Part shown: positions 9,262 through 18,348 of the stretch, in pieces
How positions within the stretch are numbered: position 1 is the stretch's first letter
Layout: each line of letters starts with the position of its first letter
NCBI GenBank assembly: GCA_963663995.1
Contig: OY760660.1
Coordinates: forward strand, 1,200,001 to 1,232,000
Length of the DNA: 32,000 bases
DNA from: Erysipelotrichaceae bacterium
Lineage (GTDB): Bacteria > Bacillota_I > Bacilli_A > Erysipelotrichales > Erysipelotrichaceae
Direction of reading: 5' to 3'
Made by a program: the position numbers and the translations under genes
Notes under the pieces: generated by a model
Seen by the model: the letters and a program-made list of their open reading frames with translations, nothing else
The model's database searches: none
Told to the model about the DNA's origin: nothing

Positions 9262-9807
9262 TTAGATAATTTTTTCTAAATCGATATAAGCAATTTCTGT
9301 TGGTGTTTCACGGCCGAAGAGTGATGTTAATACAATCGCAGATTGTGATTCATCATTCATGCTTTCAACAGTACCTTCAATCCCTGAGAAAGGACCTTGA
9401 AGAATACGTACGTGATTGCCAACTGTAAAATCCACTTGAATCTTGCTTTCGCTTAAACCTAAACGTCTGAAGATTGCTTCGATTTCATCTGGCGATACTG
9501 GGAAAGGTTTTGCCCCACCACCTGATGATCCGATAAATCCAGTAACACCTGGGGTATTACGGACAACATACCAAGCTTCATCAGTCATAATCATTTCAAC
9601 GAAAAGATAGCCTGGATAAAGATTCTTCATCTTTACAACTTTCTTACCGTTTTTAATTTCAACTTCTTCTTCTTCCGCAACAAGAATACGGAACAAGTTG
9701 TGTTCGATACCCATGGTTTCGACACGGCGTTCTAAGTTTTCTTTAACTCTGTTTTCATGTCCGGCGTAAGTATTTACGACGTACCACTCTTTTGCAATTT
9801 CTTCCAT
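9262..9807 (-). CDS. nusG: Transcription termination/antitermination factor NusG
   Basis: 181 aa with an NGN domain (WYVVNTYAGHENRVKENLE) and a KOW domain (GNHVRILQGPFSGIEGTVESM). Follows secE. Confidence 0.96.
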   Translation of the reverse strand: MEEIAKEWYVVNTYAGHENRVKENLERRVETMGIEHNLFRILVAEEEEVEIKNGKKVVKMKNLYPGYLFVEMIMTDEAWYVVRNTPGVTGFIGSSGGGAKPFPVSPDEIEAIFRRLGLSESKIQVDFTVGNHVRILQGPFSGIEGTVESMNDESQSAIVLTSLFGRETPTEIAYIDLEKII

Positions 9808-9810
9808 AGC

Positions 9811-9996
9811 TTAAGCTCCAATTCCGATTAATTGTAAAAAGAAGGCAACAAGTGCTTCACTTGCTAAGAAGAATACACCAAAGAAAATGATAAAAATAAT
9901 TACGATGCTTGATAATCTAAGTAACTCATTTTGCTTTGGCCAACGTATACGTTTAATTTCGGTAATAATACCGGAAAGACTGAACCATTTCAACAT
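9811..9996 (-). CDS. secE: Preprotein translocase subunit SecE
   Basis: 61 aa with one TM helix. The motif EIKRIRWPKQNEL is typical of SecE. Sits between rpmG and nusG. Confidence 0.9.
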   Translation of the reverse strand: MLKWFSLSGIITEIKRIRWPKQNELLRLSSIVIIFIIFFGVFFLASEALVAFFLQLIGIGA

Positions 9997-10010
9997 CTTT
10001 CAACTGCCTC

Positions 10011-10169
10011 CTACTTTGTTTCCTTATGTAAGGTTTGTTTATTGCAGTGTTTGCAATATTTCATTAACTCGAGCCTTTGACCCGCGTTAGCTTTAGTACG
10101 TGAAGTCGTATAGTTTCGATTAAGACATATAGTGCATGTGAGTATAACTTGTTTGCTTTTATCCGCCAT
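10011..10169 (-). CDS. rpmG: 50S ribosomal protein L33 (Zn-ribbon, C+ form)
   Basis: Not in the ORF track because it is too short. Reverse-strand translation gives [52 protein letters not shown] (52 aa). It has two CxxC pairs and occupies the canonical position before secE. Confidence 0.9.
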   Translation of the reverse strand: MADKSKQVILTCTICLNRNYTTSRTKANAGQRLELMKYCKHCNKQTLHKETK

Positions 10170-10217
10170 TAAAAAAACCACGCTTTCGTTTCTTGCTTTA
10201 TAACTCTATCATTTTGC

Positions 10218-10835
10218 TTATTGAGTGTCAAACAAGCTGCGTATTTTGCGTCGCACCTTTTGAAGTGCGTTATCTACGTCTTTTTCAACAATTTTCAATT
10301 CTTTAGCAATTTCTCTATAAGTATAGCCAATTTGAAACATGTGATAGATTTTCCAATCTAAATCACTCAATCTACTTTTTATATTTTTAACTTGATCTGA
10401 TGCCCAATTGACCATCGATTGATATTCAGGATTAAAGTCTTTTACATCAATACTGATTACATCTTTTAAATAAAGATTATCCTCATTAACCATTAAAGGG
10501 GCATCTAAGGATTGTGCTTCACTTAATAAACGATAGGAATGAGATCGTGTTCTTCTTAGAAAACTTCGTATTTGTCTTTCTATGCAAACATTCGCAAAGG
10601 ATGAGAAACGACAATCCTTATCATCACGATAAGCATGAACTGCATCCATTAATCCAATCATTCCTTCTTGAAAGAGATCATCTTTATCAAAGCCCACCGG
10701 TATAAAGCGACAGAGTTGATGTACATTTTTCCAAATAATTAGGCGATAGCGTTCAATCAATAGATTTATGCTTTCTTCATCTGCTTGTCTAACTAAATAA
10801 ATTAATTCATAGTCTGTAAGTCCATTATCTTCCAT
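10218..10835 (-). CDS. sigH: RNA polymerase sigma factor, SigH-like (sigma-70 family group 3/4)
   Basis: 205 aa. Region 2 reads DLFQEGMIGLMDAVHAYRDDKDCRFSSFANVCIERQIRSFLRR. A region 4 HTH is present (YTYREIAKELKIVEKDVDNALQKVRRK). The rlmB-sigH-rpmG-secE synteny matches Bacillus. Confidence 0.8.
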   Translation of the reverse strand: MEDNGLTDYELIYLVRQADEESINLLIERYRLIIWKNVHQLCRFIPVGFDKDDLFQEGMIGLMDAVHAYRDDKDCRFSSFANVCIERQIRSFLRRTRSHSYRLLSEAQSLDAPLMVNEDNLYLKDVISIDVKDFNPEYQSMVNWASDQVKNIKSRLSDLDWKIYHMFQIGYTYREIAKELKIVEKDVDNALQKVRRKIRSLFDTQ

Positions 10836-10855
10836 ACTTCCCCCTTGGTTAAGTG

Positions 10856-11569
10856 TTAGGGAAGCCGTTGATTAAGTACCTCGTACATAAGTAATGCCGC
10901 ACTCACAGATGCATTCAATGATGTGACTTGACCCACCATTGGGATTTTCACAAGCACATCAGAATTTTTTAGCACCAAACGTGAGATACCTTGTCCTTCA
11001 GAACCAATTACAATCGCACATTTTTCACTATATTTCACTTGTCGATAATCTTCAGACTTATCGGTTAAATCAGAAGCATAGATCCAGAATCCTTGTGCTT
11101 TAAGCGTCTCAATACATTGATTGAGATTGGTTACCATAACTGTCGGTACGGTATCAATTGCGCCTGTTGATACTTTCGCAACAGTTGCATTTAAAGAAAC
11201 AGATCCATGTTTTGGGATAATTACAGCATTGACACCAGCAGCATCAGCTGTTCTTAGAATAGCCCCTAAATTATGAGGGTCTTCTAAACCATCCAATAAA
11301 ACAAAGCACGCTTTTTCATTAACTTGAGCTAAGACTTCTTCAAGAGTGTAATAGCGAAAATCATCCACTTCTGCAATGACATTTTGGTGTACACCTTTGT
11401 ACTTTTTGAGTTCATGTTCATTGAGGTAAGTGATTTGAATTTGGTGTTCTTTTGCGAGTTGAACAAAGGCTTGATCAGGCTTGTTTTTACTCAACAAAAG
11501 ACGATGAATTTTTTCTGTGGACAAGATGCGTTGTTTAACAACGTTCTTCCCGTAAATGTAGTGTGCCAT
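10856..11569 (-). CDS. rlmB: 23S rRNA 2'-O-ribose methyltransferase, TrmH/SpoU family (RlmB/YacO-like)
   Basis: 237 aa with SpoU motifs (LDGLEDPHNLGAILRTADAAG, VIGSEGQGIS, SLNASVSAALLMYE). Synteny with mrnC and cysS. Confidence 0.85.
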   Translation of the reverse strand: MAHYIYGKNVVKQRILSTEKIHRLLLSKNKPDQAFVQLAKEHQIQITYLNEHELKKYKGVHQNVIAEVDDFRYYTLEEVLAQVNEKACFVLLDGLEDPHNLGAILRTADAAGVNAVIIPKHGSVSLNATVAKVSTGAIDTVPTVMVTNLNQCIETLKAQGFWIYASDLTDKSEDYRQVKYSEKCAIVIGSEGQGISRLVLKNSDVLVKIPMVGQVTSLNASVSAALLMYEVLNQRLP

Positions 11570-11576
11570 ATGTTTT

Positions 11577-11954
11577 TTACTGGGTGGTTTTAAGTCTATC
11601 CCAGACTTGTGTCAATCGTGTTTCATTCTTACTTAGATACCAATATCCAAGCAATGCTTCAAAGCCAGTTGCTTGTCGATAGGTCACAATATCTGCATTT
11701 TTTGCTTTTGATGCACTTTTGTGATTTCGACCACGTAGGTAATACTTAGTTTCTTCTTCGTTTAAAAAGTTTTCTTCTAAGAGTTCTTGTATAAACTTTG
11801 CTTGAGCATTTGCTGAAACAAATTGAACACTTCTTTTTTGTAAATCGTTTGCTTTTGTATAACCCTGCTCAACTAAATAGGTTCTAACCCACAAGCTAAG
11901 TACAGCATCGCCCACAAAAGCTAAAGTGGAACCATTTAATAATTCTGGATTCAT
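11577..11954 (-). CDS. mrnC: Mini-ribonuclease 3
   Basis: 125 aa with the RNase III-like motif LAFVGDAVLSLWVR and ATGFEALLGYWYL. Overlaps the cysS stop by 4 nt, as with yazC in Bacillus. Confidence 0.88.
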   Translation of the reverse strand: MNPELLNGSTLAFVGDAVLSLWVRTYLVEQGYTKANDLQKRSVQFVSANAQAKFIQELLEENFLNEEETKYYLRGRNHKSASKAKNADIVTYRQATGFEALLGYWYLSKNETRLTQVWDRLKTTQ

Positions 11955-13279
11955 AATAAATTCTTTTCAATAAGTTGTGCACGGAATTGATCAGCTTTTT
12001 CAAAATCTTTTTCAGCTTTAGCACTGTTCCATGCAGTAAATAAAGCAATATCAGCTGTGCCTAGTTGGATCATTTCAAATACAATCCCAAAAACATGACA
12101 CATTGCTCTTAAACTATGATAGTTATTTTTAACTTCATCTGTCCATTCCTTTTGACGAATTGAAGCATTTAAAGCTTTAATTTGATCAAAGATATAACGC
12201 ATCGCATTTGGACTATTTAAATCATCTGCTAAAGCATCTAAAAATTGTTGATAGATTTCGTTGGTTTGATTGGATTCTAAAGAATAGTTTCGTAATTGAC
12301 TTTGAATCTCAACTTGTTTGAGAATACTTTGTATTTTATTCACTTCAATTTTTGCATTCTCAATCAATTCTTCAGTGATATTAATAGGTGCACGATAATG
12401 TGTTGATAACATAATCCAACGCAAAACATTACCACCTAAGCTTTTTAAAGCATCTTTTGCTAACATCGTGTTGCCTAAAGATTTTGACATCTTCTCACCA
12501 TCGATATTTAACATACCATTATGCATCCACACATTGGCTAAACCATGATGTAAGCATGCATGAGCTTGCGCCACTTCATTTTCATGATGAGGGAATTTTA
12601 AATCCATTCCACCTCCATGAATATCGATTTGGCGGTGGAAGTGATCATTAATCATAACCACACACTCAGTGTGCCAACCCGGTCTACCTAATCCCCATGG
12701 TGAATCCCATTGGATACCATGTTCTGTTTTTTTCCATAAAGCAAAATCAAGTGGATTTTCTTTATCACTATCTTCTTCAATACGTGCACCGACTAATAAA
12801 TCTTCAATTCTTTGGTGAGATATTTCACCATATTCATCTGCTTTAGTGACTCTAAAGTAGACATTACCATTAACGTTATAAGCAAAATCTTTTTCTACTA
12901 AGTCATTGATGAAATCGATAATCGCGTCCATCGTTTCGGTGACGCGTGGTGTTTTTGTTAAACGACCTGCGTTAACTCCATCACGAATAGCGTTATAGGC
13001 AGTAATATAGCGATCTGTGATATCTTTCTCACTGACCCCTTCTTCAAGTGCTTTATTAATAATTTTGTCATCAACATCTGTAATATTTGAAATATACGTG
13101 ACTTCATAATTAAAAGCTTCAAAAGTATTTCTTAAGGTATCAAAGACAATGATTGGTCTAGTGTTACCAATGTGGACATCTCCATAGACAGTTGGTCCAC
13201 AAACATACATCGAAACTTTATTTTCTTCAATCGCTTTAAAATCTTCGATTTGATTGGTTTTTGAGTTATATAATCGCAT
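11951..13279 (-). CDS. cysS: Cysteine--tRNA ligase
   Basis: 442 aa class I aaRS with HIGN and KMSKS motifs, and CGPTVYGDVHIGN and WHTECV signatures. Confidence 0.97.
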   Translation of the reverse strand: MRLYNSKTNQIEDFKAIEENKVSMYVCGPTVYGDVHIGNTRPIIVFDTLRNTFEAFNYEVTYISNITDVDDKIINKALEEGVSEKDITDRYITAYNAIRDGVNAGRLTKTPRVTETMDAIIDFINDLVEKDFAYNVNGNVYFRVTKADEYGEISHQRIEDLLVGARIEEDSDKENPLDFALWKKTEHGIQWDSPWGLGRPGWHTECVVMINDHFHRQIDIHGGGMDLKFPHHENEVAQAHACLHHGLANVWMHNGMLNIDGEKMSKSLGNTMLAKDALKSLGGNVLRWIMLSTHYRAPINITEELIENAKIEVNKIQSILKQVEIQSQLRNYSLESNQTNEIYQQFLDALADDLNSPNAMRYIFDQIKALNASIRQKEWTDEVKNNYHSLRAMCHVFGIVFEMIQLGTADIALFTAWNSAKAEKDFEKADQFRAQLIEKNLL

Positions 13280-13350
13280 ATCTATCCTTTTTTTTGTTTC
13301 ATTATAGCATGACTATTTAACACTTATCATGATGCACATGATAGACTGTA

Positions 13351-13737
13351 ATGACTATGGAAAACATCTTTCAAAAACTTATATCTGTATCAACAGACTT
13401 ACATACTTGGTTTTTAAATATTAATGACCAACTAGGATTATCTCTAAATGATAAACAACTTCATTTTTGGATTTTTGGGGCAAGTGCTCTTGTTCTTTTC
13501 TATATTGTTAGAATCTTATTTAGACTCTTAAATAAAATCTCGCTTTCAATTGTTGCCTTCCTTTTTACTTTTATTTTCTTATTAGCTTTTGCCTTCGCAA
13601 ATGAAATGGGGCAATATTACACAAGTGCTGGAATTATGGATTTTGCGGATATCGTAAGTGGTATTAACGGCTTTCTCGTCTTTTTCGCTATCGCTTTTGG
13701 TCTAGAATTGTTTTTTAAACTCTTTAATAAAAAATAA
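13351..13737 (+). CDS. Hypothetical small membrane protein (about 3 TM helices)
   Basis: 128-aa ORF with hydrophobic segments (FWIFGASALVLFYIV, LSIVAFLFTFIFLLAFAF, INGFLVFFAIAFGLELFF). It lies 14-68 nt upstream of the DGC gene on the same strand. No recognisable family. Confidence 0.5.
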   Translation: MTMENIFQKLISVSTDLHTWFLNINDQLGLSLNDKQLHFWIFGASALVLFYIVRILFRLLNKISLSIVAFLFTFIFLLAFAFANEMGQYYTSAGIMDFADIVSGINGFLVFFAIAFGLELFFKLFNKK

Positions 13738-13804
13738 TGGCTATATTTGCTTGAACCAAGTCATTTTAATGATTAAGATAAAATTAGTATTTTTAGGCGG
13801 CATA

Positions 13805-15370
13805 ATGAAACAAAAAATAATTCTCCCTATTATCATTTTAATAATATTAAACACATTTATTACGACTATGATGTTTAATGTGGACAAAAGGACCAATCAA
13901 GAAACTGTTGAAGGTGTTATTACTGATCAAAAAATCCACATTAGTGATATTAGCTTATTATTAAACTCAAGATTTGATTACATTGTTAATGATGTGATTT
14001 ATTTAAAATATTTATTTGAAGAAAATTATGATGATCATTCAACAATTACTGATCTTTGGAAAAACTTTTCAAATGCTTACCCATATTATCGTCAACTTAG
14101 ATACATTGATAATAGCGGATTTGAAGTGATTAGAATTAATCAAGATGGAATTGGTGCGGCTGTTGTAACTGATGAAGACCTACAAGATAAGAGTAAATAT
14201 TACTATTTCATGGATAGTGAAAATTTAAAAAATGGAGAAATATATCTATCCAGATTGGATTTAAATGTTGAAAACAATCAAGTTGTTATCCCTTTTCAAC
14301 CAACATTAAGATTTGTGACACCACTGTATCAAAATGATAAACGCATTGGTTTAATGGTTTTGAACTACAATGCTAATTTTACCGACACACTGTTAGAGAA
14401 CCATTTAAATATGAATTCTTCCTCTACGATTTCACTTATCAACAATGAAGGCTATTATTTGGCAACATCAAATAAACAAATTAAACTGTTTGACTTTATG
14501 TTTGATAAGAATAGTACTGAAACATTCAACATTCAATACCCGGATATTTTTAACCAAATTAAAGTACAAGATAGTGGACAAATTATCACTAACGATTATT
14601 TGTTTGTTTATAAAAAAGTAAACATCGATCAATTAATCTATGAAACACCAAATATGAATTTCCAATTAGTTGACAATAATCATTGGTATATAACAATGAT
14701 TACAAGTCGAAGCAATGAAAACTTAATGTTTTTTACTAATCAATTTGACTATTTAGCTCATCGTTTTAAGTCTCATTTTTATATCACAATATTGATTATA
14801 ATTTTTAATATCCTTGCTTCAATTTCACTTTCTAGTTTTATTCAATTCTTTATTAATAAGCGCAACGATAATACTTATGATGCTTTAAGTAATGCTTACT
14901 TAAGAAACAGTGGGTTAAATAAGGCTAAAAAACTCTATCAAAAATCCTTAGAAAAAAATCAAGACTTTGGTTTGATTTATATCGATTTAAATGATTTAAA
15001 ACATGTTAATGATCATCATGGACACAAAGCAGGTGATGAAATGATTTCTATTTTAGGCTATGCCGTCCAAGAGAATATTCGTAGTTCAAAAAAAGGAAGT
15101 AAACATAGAGAAAATGATCTCTTTGTCCGTGTTGGCGGGGATGAGTTCATAATCGTTTGTTTGAACATTAAACAATCAGAAATGGAAGCCATATGGGATC
15201 GTATACATCATCACTTATCCCAACATAAAATTGATGATCATAAGCTAAGCGCAAGTCATGGCACTTTACTTGTGAGCGCTAAAGATCAACTATCATTTAA
15301 TGAGGTTCTTGAAAAAGCTGATGCTTTAATGTACCAAGAAAAACAAACATTTAAAAATAAGAAATACTAA
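13805..15370 (+). CDS. Membrane-anchored sensor diguanylate cyclase (GGDEF domain)
   Basis: C-terminal GGDEF domain (IYIDLNDLKHVNDHHGHKAGDEM ... RENDLFVRVGGDEFIIV) with an RxxD I-site 5 residues before GGDEF. Two TM helices flank a ~300-aa extracytoplasmic domain (Cache-like YRQLRYIDNSGFEVIRIN). The ORF track starts at a TTG at 13751; the ATG at 13805 (MKQKIILP) is more likely. Confidence 0.85.
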   Translation: MKQKIILPIIILIILNTFITTMMFNVDKRTNQETVEGVITDQKIHISDISLLLNSRFDYIVNDVIYLKYLFEENYDDHSTITDLWKNFSNAYPYYRQLRYIDNSGFEVIRINQDGIGAAVVTDEDLQDKSKYYYFMDSENLKNGEIYLSRLDLNVENNQVVIPFQPTLRFVTPLYQNDKRIGLMVLNYNANFTDTLLENHLNMNSSSTISLINNEGYYLATSNKQIKLFDFMFDKNSTETFNIQYPDIFNQIKVQDSGQIITNDYLFVYKKVNIDQLIYETPNMNFQLVDNNHWYITMITSRSNENLMFFTNQFDYLAHRFKSHFYITILIIIFNILASISLSSFIQFFINKRNDNTYDALSNAYLRNSGLNKAKKLYQKSLEKNQDFGLIYIDLNDLKHVNDHHGHKAGDEMISILGYAVQENIRSSKKGSKHRENDLFVRVGGDEFIIVCLNIKQSEMEAIWDRIHHHLSQHKIDDHKLSASHGTLLVSAKDQLSFNEVLEKADALMYQEKQTFKNKKY

Positions 15371-15404
15371 TTTATAATGGACTAAGATTGAAACGAGGTA
15401 TTTT

Positions 15405-16394
15405 ATGTCAATATTAGTGAGCGGTGGGACTGGTTTTATTGGTTCACATACAGTCGTTGAACTTGTAGATGCTGGTTATGAAGTCGTAGTTGTCGATAAT
15501 TTCTATAATAGTAATGCGGATGTATTAGATCGATTAAAAACAATAACCGGCAAAGAAATTGTTTTTTATGAAGGTGATGTATCTGATCAAACCTTCTTAG
15601 AAGACCTCTTTAAACAACATACTTTTTCTGCTGTTATTCATTTTGCTGGTTATAAAGCAGTGGGTGAATCAACGCAAATTCCTTTAACCTATTATCGCAA
15701 TAATTTATTAACAACCATAAATTTAGCTGACGCAGCTCTTCAGCATAAAGTTAAACATTTTATCTTCAGTTCTAGCGCTACAGTTTATGGCGACCAAGTT
15801 TCACCTTTAAAAGAAGATATGCCTTTAGGGATTACTTCAAATCCATATGGTGAAACAAAAGCAGTTTCTGAAAGAATTCTTAGAGATACTGCTGCTGTTA
15901 ATCCTGACTTTTCAGTCACATTACTGAGATACTTTAATCCCGTTGGTGCTCACTTGAGTGGTTTAATTGGTGAAGTTCCATCAGGTGTTCCAAACAACCT
16001 CATGCCGTATGTTACCCAAGTGGCAAAAGGTAAACGCGAAAAATTGAATGTTTATGGAAATGACTATGACACAGTTGACGGTACAGGTGTTCGTGATTAT
16101 ATCCATGTTGTTGATTTAGCTAAAGGTCATATGGCTGCTTTACAACATGAACACAAAGGGGTTGAAATCTATAACTTAGGAACAGGCCATGGTAGTTCTG
16201 TACTTGAAGTCATTGAAACCTTTAAAAAAGTTAATAATGTTGATGTTCCATATGAAATAGTGGCACGTCGTCCAGGCGATCTAGCGACTTCTTATGCAGA
16301 TGTTTCAAAAGCCTTAAAAGATTTAAATTGGCAAGCAAAACTCAGCCTTGAAGATATGGTAAGAGATGCTTGGAATTTTGAAAAAAATCTATAG
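15405..16394 (+). CDS. galE: UDP-glucose 4-epimerase
   Basis: 329 aa SDR with GGTGFIGSH and YGETK motifs, plus the GalE-typical LRYFNPVGAH and DGTGVRDYIHVVDLA. Confidence 0.93.
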   Translation: MSILVSGGTGFIGSHTVVELVDAGYEVVVVDNFYNSNADVLDRLKTITGKEIVFYEGDVSDQTFLEDLFKQHTFSAVIHFAGYKAVGESTQIPLTYYRNNLLTTINLADAALQHKVKHFIFSSSATVYGDQVSPLKEDMPLGITSNPYGETKAVSERILRDTAAVNPDFSVTLLRYFNPVGAHLSGLIGEVPSGVPNNLMPYVTQVAKGKREKLNVYGNDYDTVDGTGVRDYIHVVDLAKGHMAALQHEHKGVEIYNLGTGHGSSVLEVIETFKKVNNVDVPYEIVARRPGDLATSYADVSKALKDLNWQAKLSLEDMVRDAWNFEKNL

Positions 16395-16403
16395 AATTAA
16401 GAC

Positions 16404-16436
16404 AAACAAAGGCGCTCAAAGCCTTTGTTTATTTAT
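16404..16436 (+). terminator. Rho-independent terminator after galE
   Basis: AAACAAAGGC-gctcaaa-GCCTTTGTTT is a 10-bp perfect stem, followed by ATTTAT (a weak U-tract). Confidence 0.65.
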
Positions 16437-16455
16437 GGTAAAATAGATAAGCAAA

Positions 16456-17649
16456 ATGAAAAAGAATAAAGCTGTCATCCTTGGTGCTAACTACTTTATT
16501 GCACTTAGTATCTTAAGATCACTAGGACCACACAAAATTCATTGTGTCACCTTTGATCATTCAAAAGAAAACGCCTATGCGTCTCTTTCAAAATACGTGA
16601 GTGAAAAACATATTACACCTCACTATAAAGATGAGCCTCTTGCTTTTCTAAACTATCTCATTGATTATGCGAAGAAACAGGACTTCAAACCTGTCCTTTT
16701 TCCATGTGCAGATAATTATGTTGAATTTATTGATACGTATTTAGATGAACTTAATGAATACTATTTAATTCCACAATCACAAAAAGGTTTATATTCACAA
16801 GTTATGAACAAGGACACTTTAGCTGATTTAGCAATTAAATATAATGCCCCTATTCCTTATAGTGTTCGATCAAATGATAAAGACTTAATCACTAAAATTA
16901 AAGATTATACTTCTTATCCTGTTTTAGTAAAACCGGTTGATTCACCTGCTTTTACTAAAGTTTTTAGATGTAAAAGTTTTGTTGTAAAAGATGAAACCGA
17001 ATTAAATGAAACCATTCAAAAATGTAATGAAGCCAATGTTGATGTAATAGTTCAACAAATTATTGAAGGTTTTGATGATCATATGTATACTTACGACGCT
17101 TATGTGAGTCAGGCAGGCAAAGTTACTCATTGGGTGACCTGTAATAAATTTAGACAGTGGCCGATTAACTATGGGGCTTCATCCTTTACTATCCAAAAAT
17201 ATGTCGAAGAACTCCATACTTTAGGAGCTCCGTTCTTAGAAAAAATGGGTTGGCGTGGATTTGCGGAAATCGAATTTAAAAAAGATGCAAAAACGGGTCA
17301 ATTCTATGTGATTGAAATTAATGTTAGGACAACGACTTTAAATTCAATGTTGGAAGCGGCTGGTGTTAATTTCCCATATGTACAATATCAAGAACTCATT
17401 GGTGAAGAACTAGAAGCAAAATCCGTTAAAGAAGATACAAACATTGCATTCTGGTTTGAATATGAAGATCTTTTAGCGATTCGTGAATATATTCGTCAAA
17501 AACAATTAACACTAAAAGAAATACTGCCAACTTTTAAACGTAAACTTGTCCCAGCTGTCTTTGATATCCATGACATTCGTCCGTTTTTTGGTATGCTTAA
17601 AGTATTAGTTGGACGTTTTATGAATAAGTTTAAAAGGAGTCTTTCATGA
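16456..17649 (+). CDS. ATP-grasp carboxylate-amine ligase (COG3919-type, D-aspartate-ligase-like)
   Basis: 397 aa with ATP-grasp layout: YPVLVKPVDS, VIVQQIIEG, GFAEIEFKKDAKTGQFYVIEINVR. Its stop overlaps the start of an Asp-racemase-family gene (ATGA at 17646). This mirrors the Asl/Rac gene pair of Enterococcus faecium. Confidence 0.55.
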   Translation: MKKNKAVILGANYFIALSILRSLGPHKIHCVTFDHSKENAYASLSKYVSEKHITPHYKDEPLAFLNYLIDYAKKQDFKPVLFPCADNYVEFIDTYLDELNEYYLIPQSQKGLYSQVMNKDTLADLAIKYNAPIPYSVRSNDKDLITKIKDYTSYPVLVKPVDSPAFTKVFRCKSFVVKDETELNETIQKCNEANVDVIVQQIIEGFDDHMYTYDAYVSQAGKVTHWVTCNKFRQWPINYGASSFTIQKYVEELHTLGAPFLEKMGWRGFAEIEFKKDAKTGQFYVIEINVRTTTLNSMLEAAGVNFPYVQYQELIGEELEAKSVKEDTNIAFWFEYEDLLAIREYIRQKQLTLKEILPTFKRKLVPAVFDIHDIRPFFGMLKVLVGRFMNKFKRSLS

Positions 17650-18338
17650 ATGATTTAAAATTGGGCATTATTGGTGGAATGGGTCCTGAAGCGAGTGCTT
17701 ACTACTATACTCAACTCATCCATCGAACGAAAGTCAAAAAAGATCAAGATCATTTCTTTACAATTGTTGACTCAAATGCGAAAATTCCTGATCGTACGCA
17801 AGCCATTGTTTTTGGGAAGGAGAGTCCTTTGCCTTTACTGATTGAAGCGATTGAACGAATGAATCATGCGAAAATTGATCAAGCTTTTATTACTTGTTTA
17901 ACTTCTCATTATTTCTTTGATAAACTAAAAGAAAAAGCAAACTTCAAACTCTATAATGCGATTGAAGAAACCTACCTTACACTCAAGAAACAAAACTTAA
18001 CAAAAGTCGGATTACTCGCCACAACAGGGACGATTAATCTCAAACTTTTTCAAAAGTACTTTATAGATATTGAACTGATTCTACCAAGTGATCGAGATCA
18101 AACTTTCCTTGTGATGGATGCCATCTATAATCCAGAACATGGTGTTAAAGGTGGTCACACAGAAGGTTTATGTGTTGAACAGCTAAAAGACGCGGGTCAA
18201 AAGTTAATTGACCAAGGTGCTCAAGCTATCATTGGCGGATGTACCGAAGTTTCGATGGTTTTAAATGAAGATTCATTTAATGTAAAAATGGTTGATCCAA
18301 TGTTGGTTGTGATTGATCATATCCTATCATTAGGATAA
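17646..18338 (+). CDS. Aspartate racemase family protein (Asp/Glu/hydantoin racemase superfamily)
   Basis: 230 aa. N-terminal [11 protein letters not shown]. Two catalytic-Cys contexts are present ([10 protein letters not shown] and GGCTEVS). Confidence 0.8.
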   Translation: MNDLKLGIIGGMGPEASAYYYTQLIHRTKVKKDQDHFFTIVDSNAKIPDRTQAIVFGKESPLPLLIEAIERMNHAKIDQAFITCLTSHYFFDKLKEKANFKLYNAIEETYLTLKKQNLTKVGLLATTGTINLKLFQKYFIDIELILPSDRDQTFLVMDAIYNPEHGVKGGHTEGLCVEQLKDAGQKLIDQGAQAIIGGCTEVSMVLNEDSFNVKMVDPMLVVIDHILSLG

Positions 18339-18348
18339 AAGGAGATTT

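Noticed and set aside
8040-9262. Mobile-element hallmarks around the HTH/NTase cassette (integrase, transposase, terminal inverted or direct repeats, att-like duplication)
   Set aside because: I found none by eye. The two promoter regions flanking the insert are not convincing duplicates of one another. The cassette is therefore reported as an insertion by composition and synteny only, not as a mobile element.
13280-13350. T-box riboswitch or other leader upstream of cysS
   Set aside because: Only 71 nt are available and they are shared with a divergent gene. A T-box needs about 200 nt or more with a specifier loop and terminator, and no such structure is present.
17646-17649. Mycoplasma/Spiroplasma genetic code (TGA=Trp), given the low GC and the long RpoB
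   Set aside because: TGA terminates full-length, family-typical ORFs, for example the ATP-grasp gene at the ATGA overlap. All conserved proteins translate intact with code 11.
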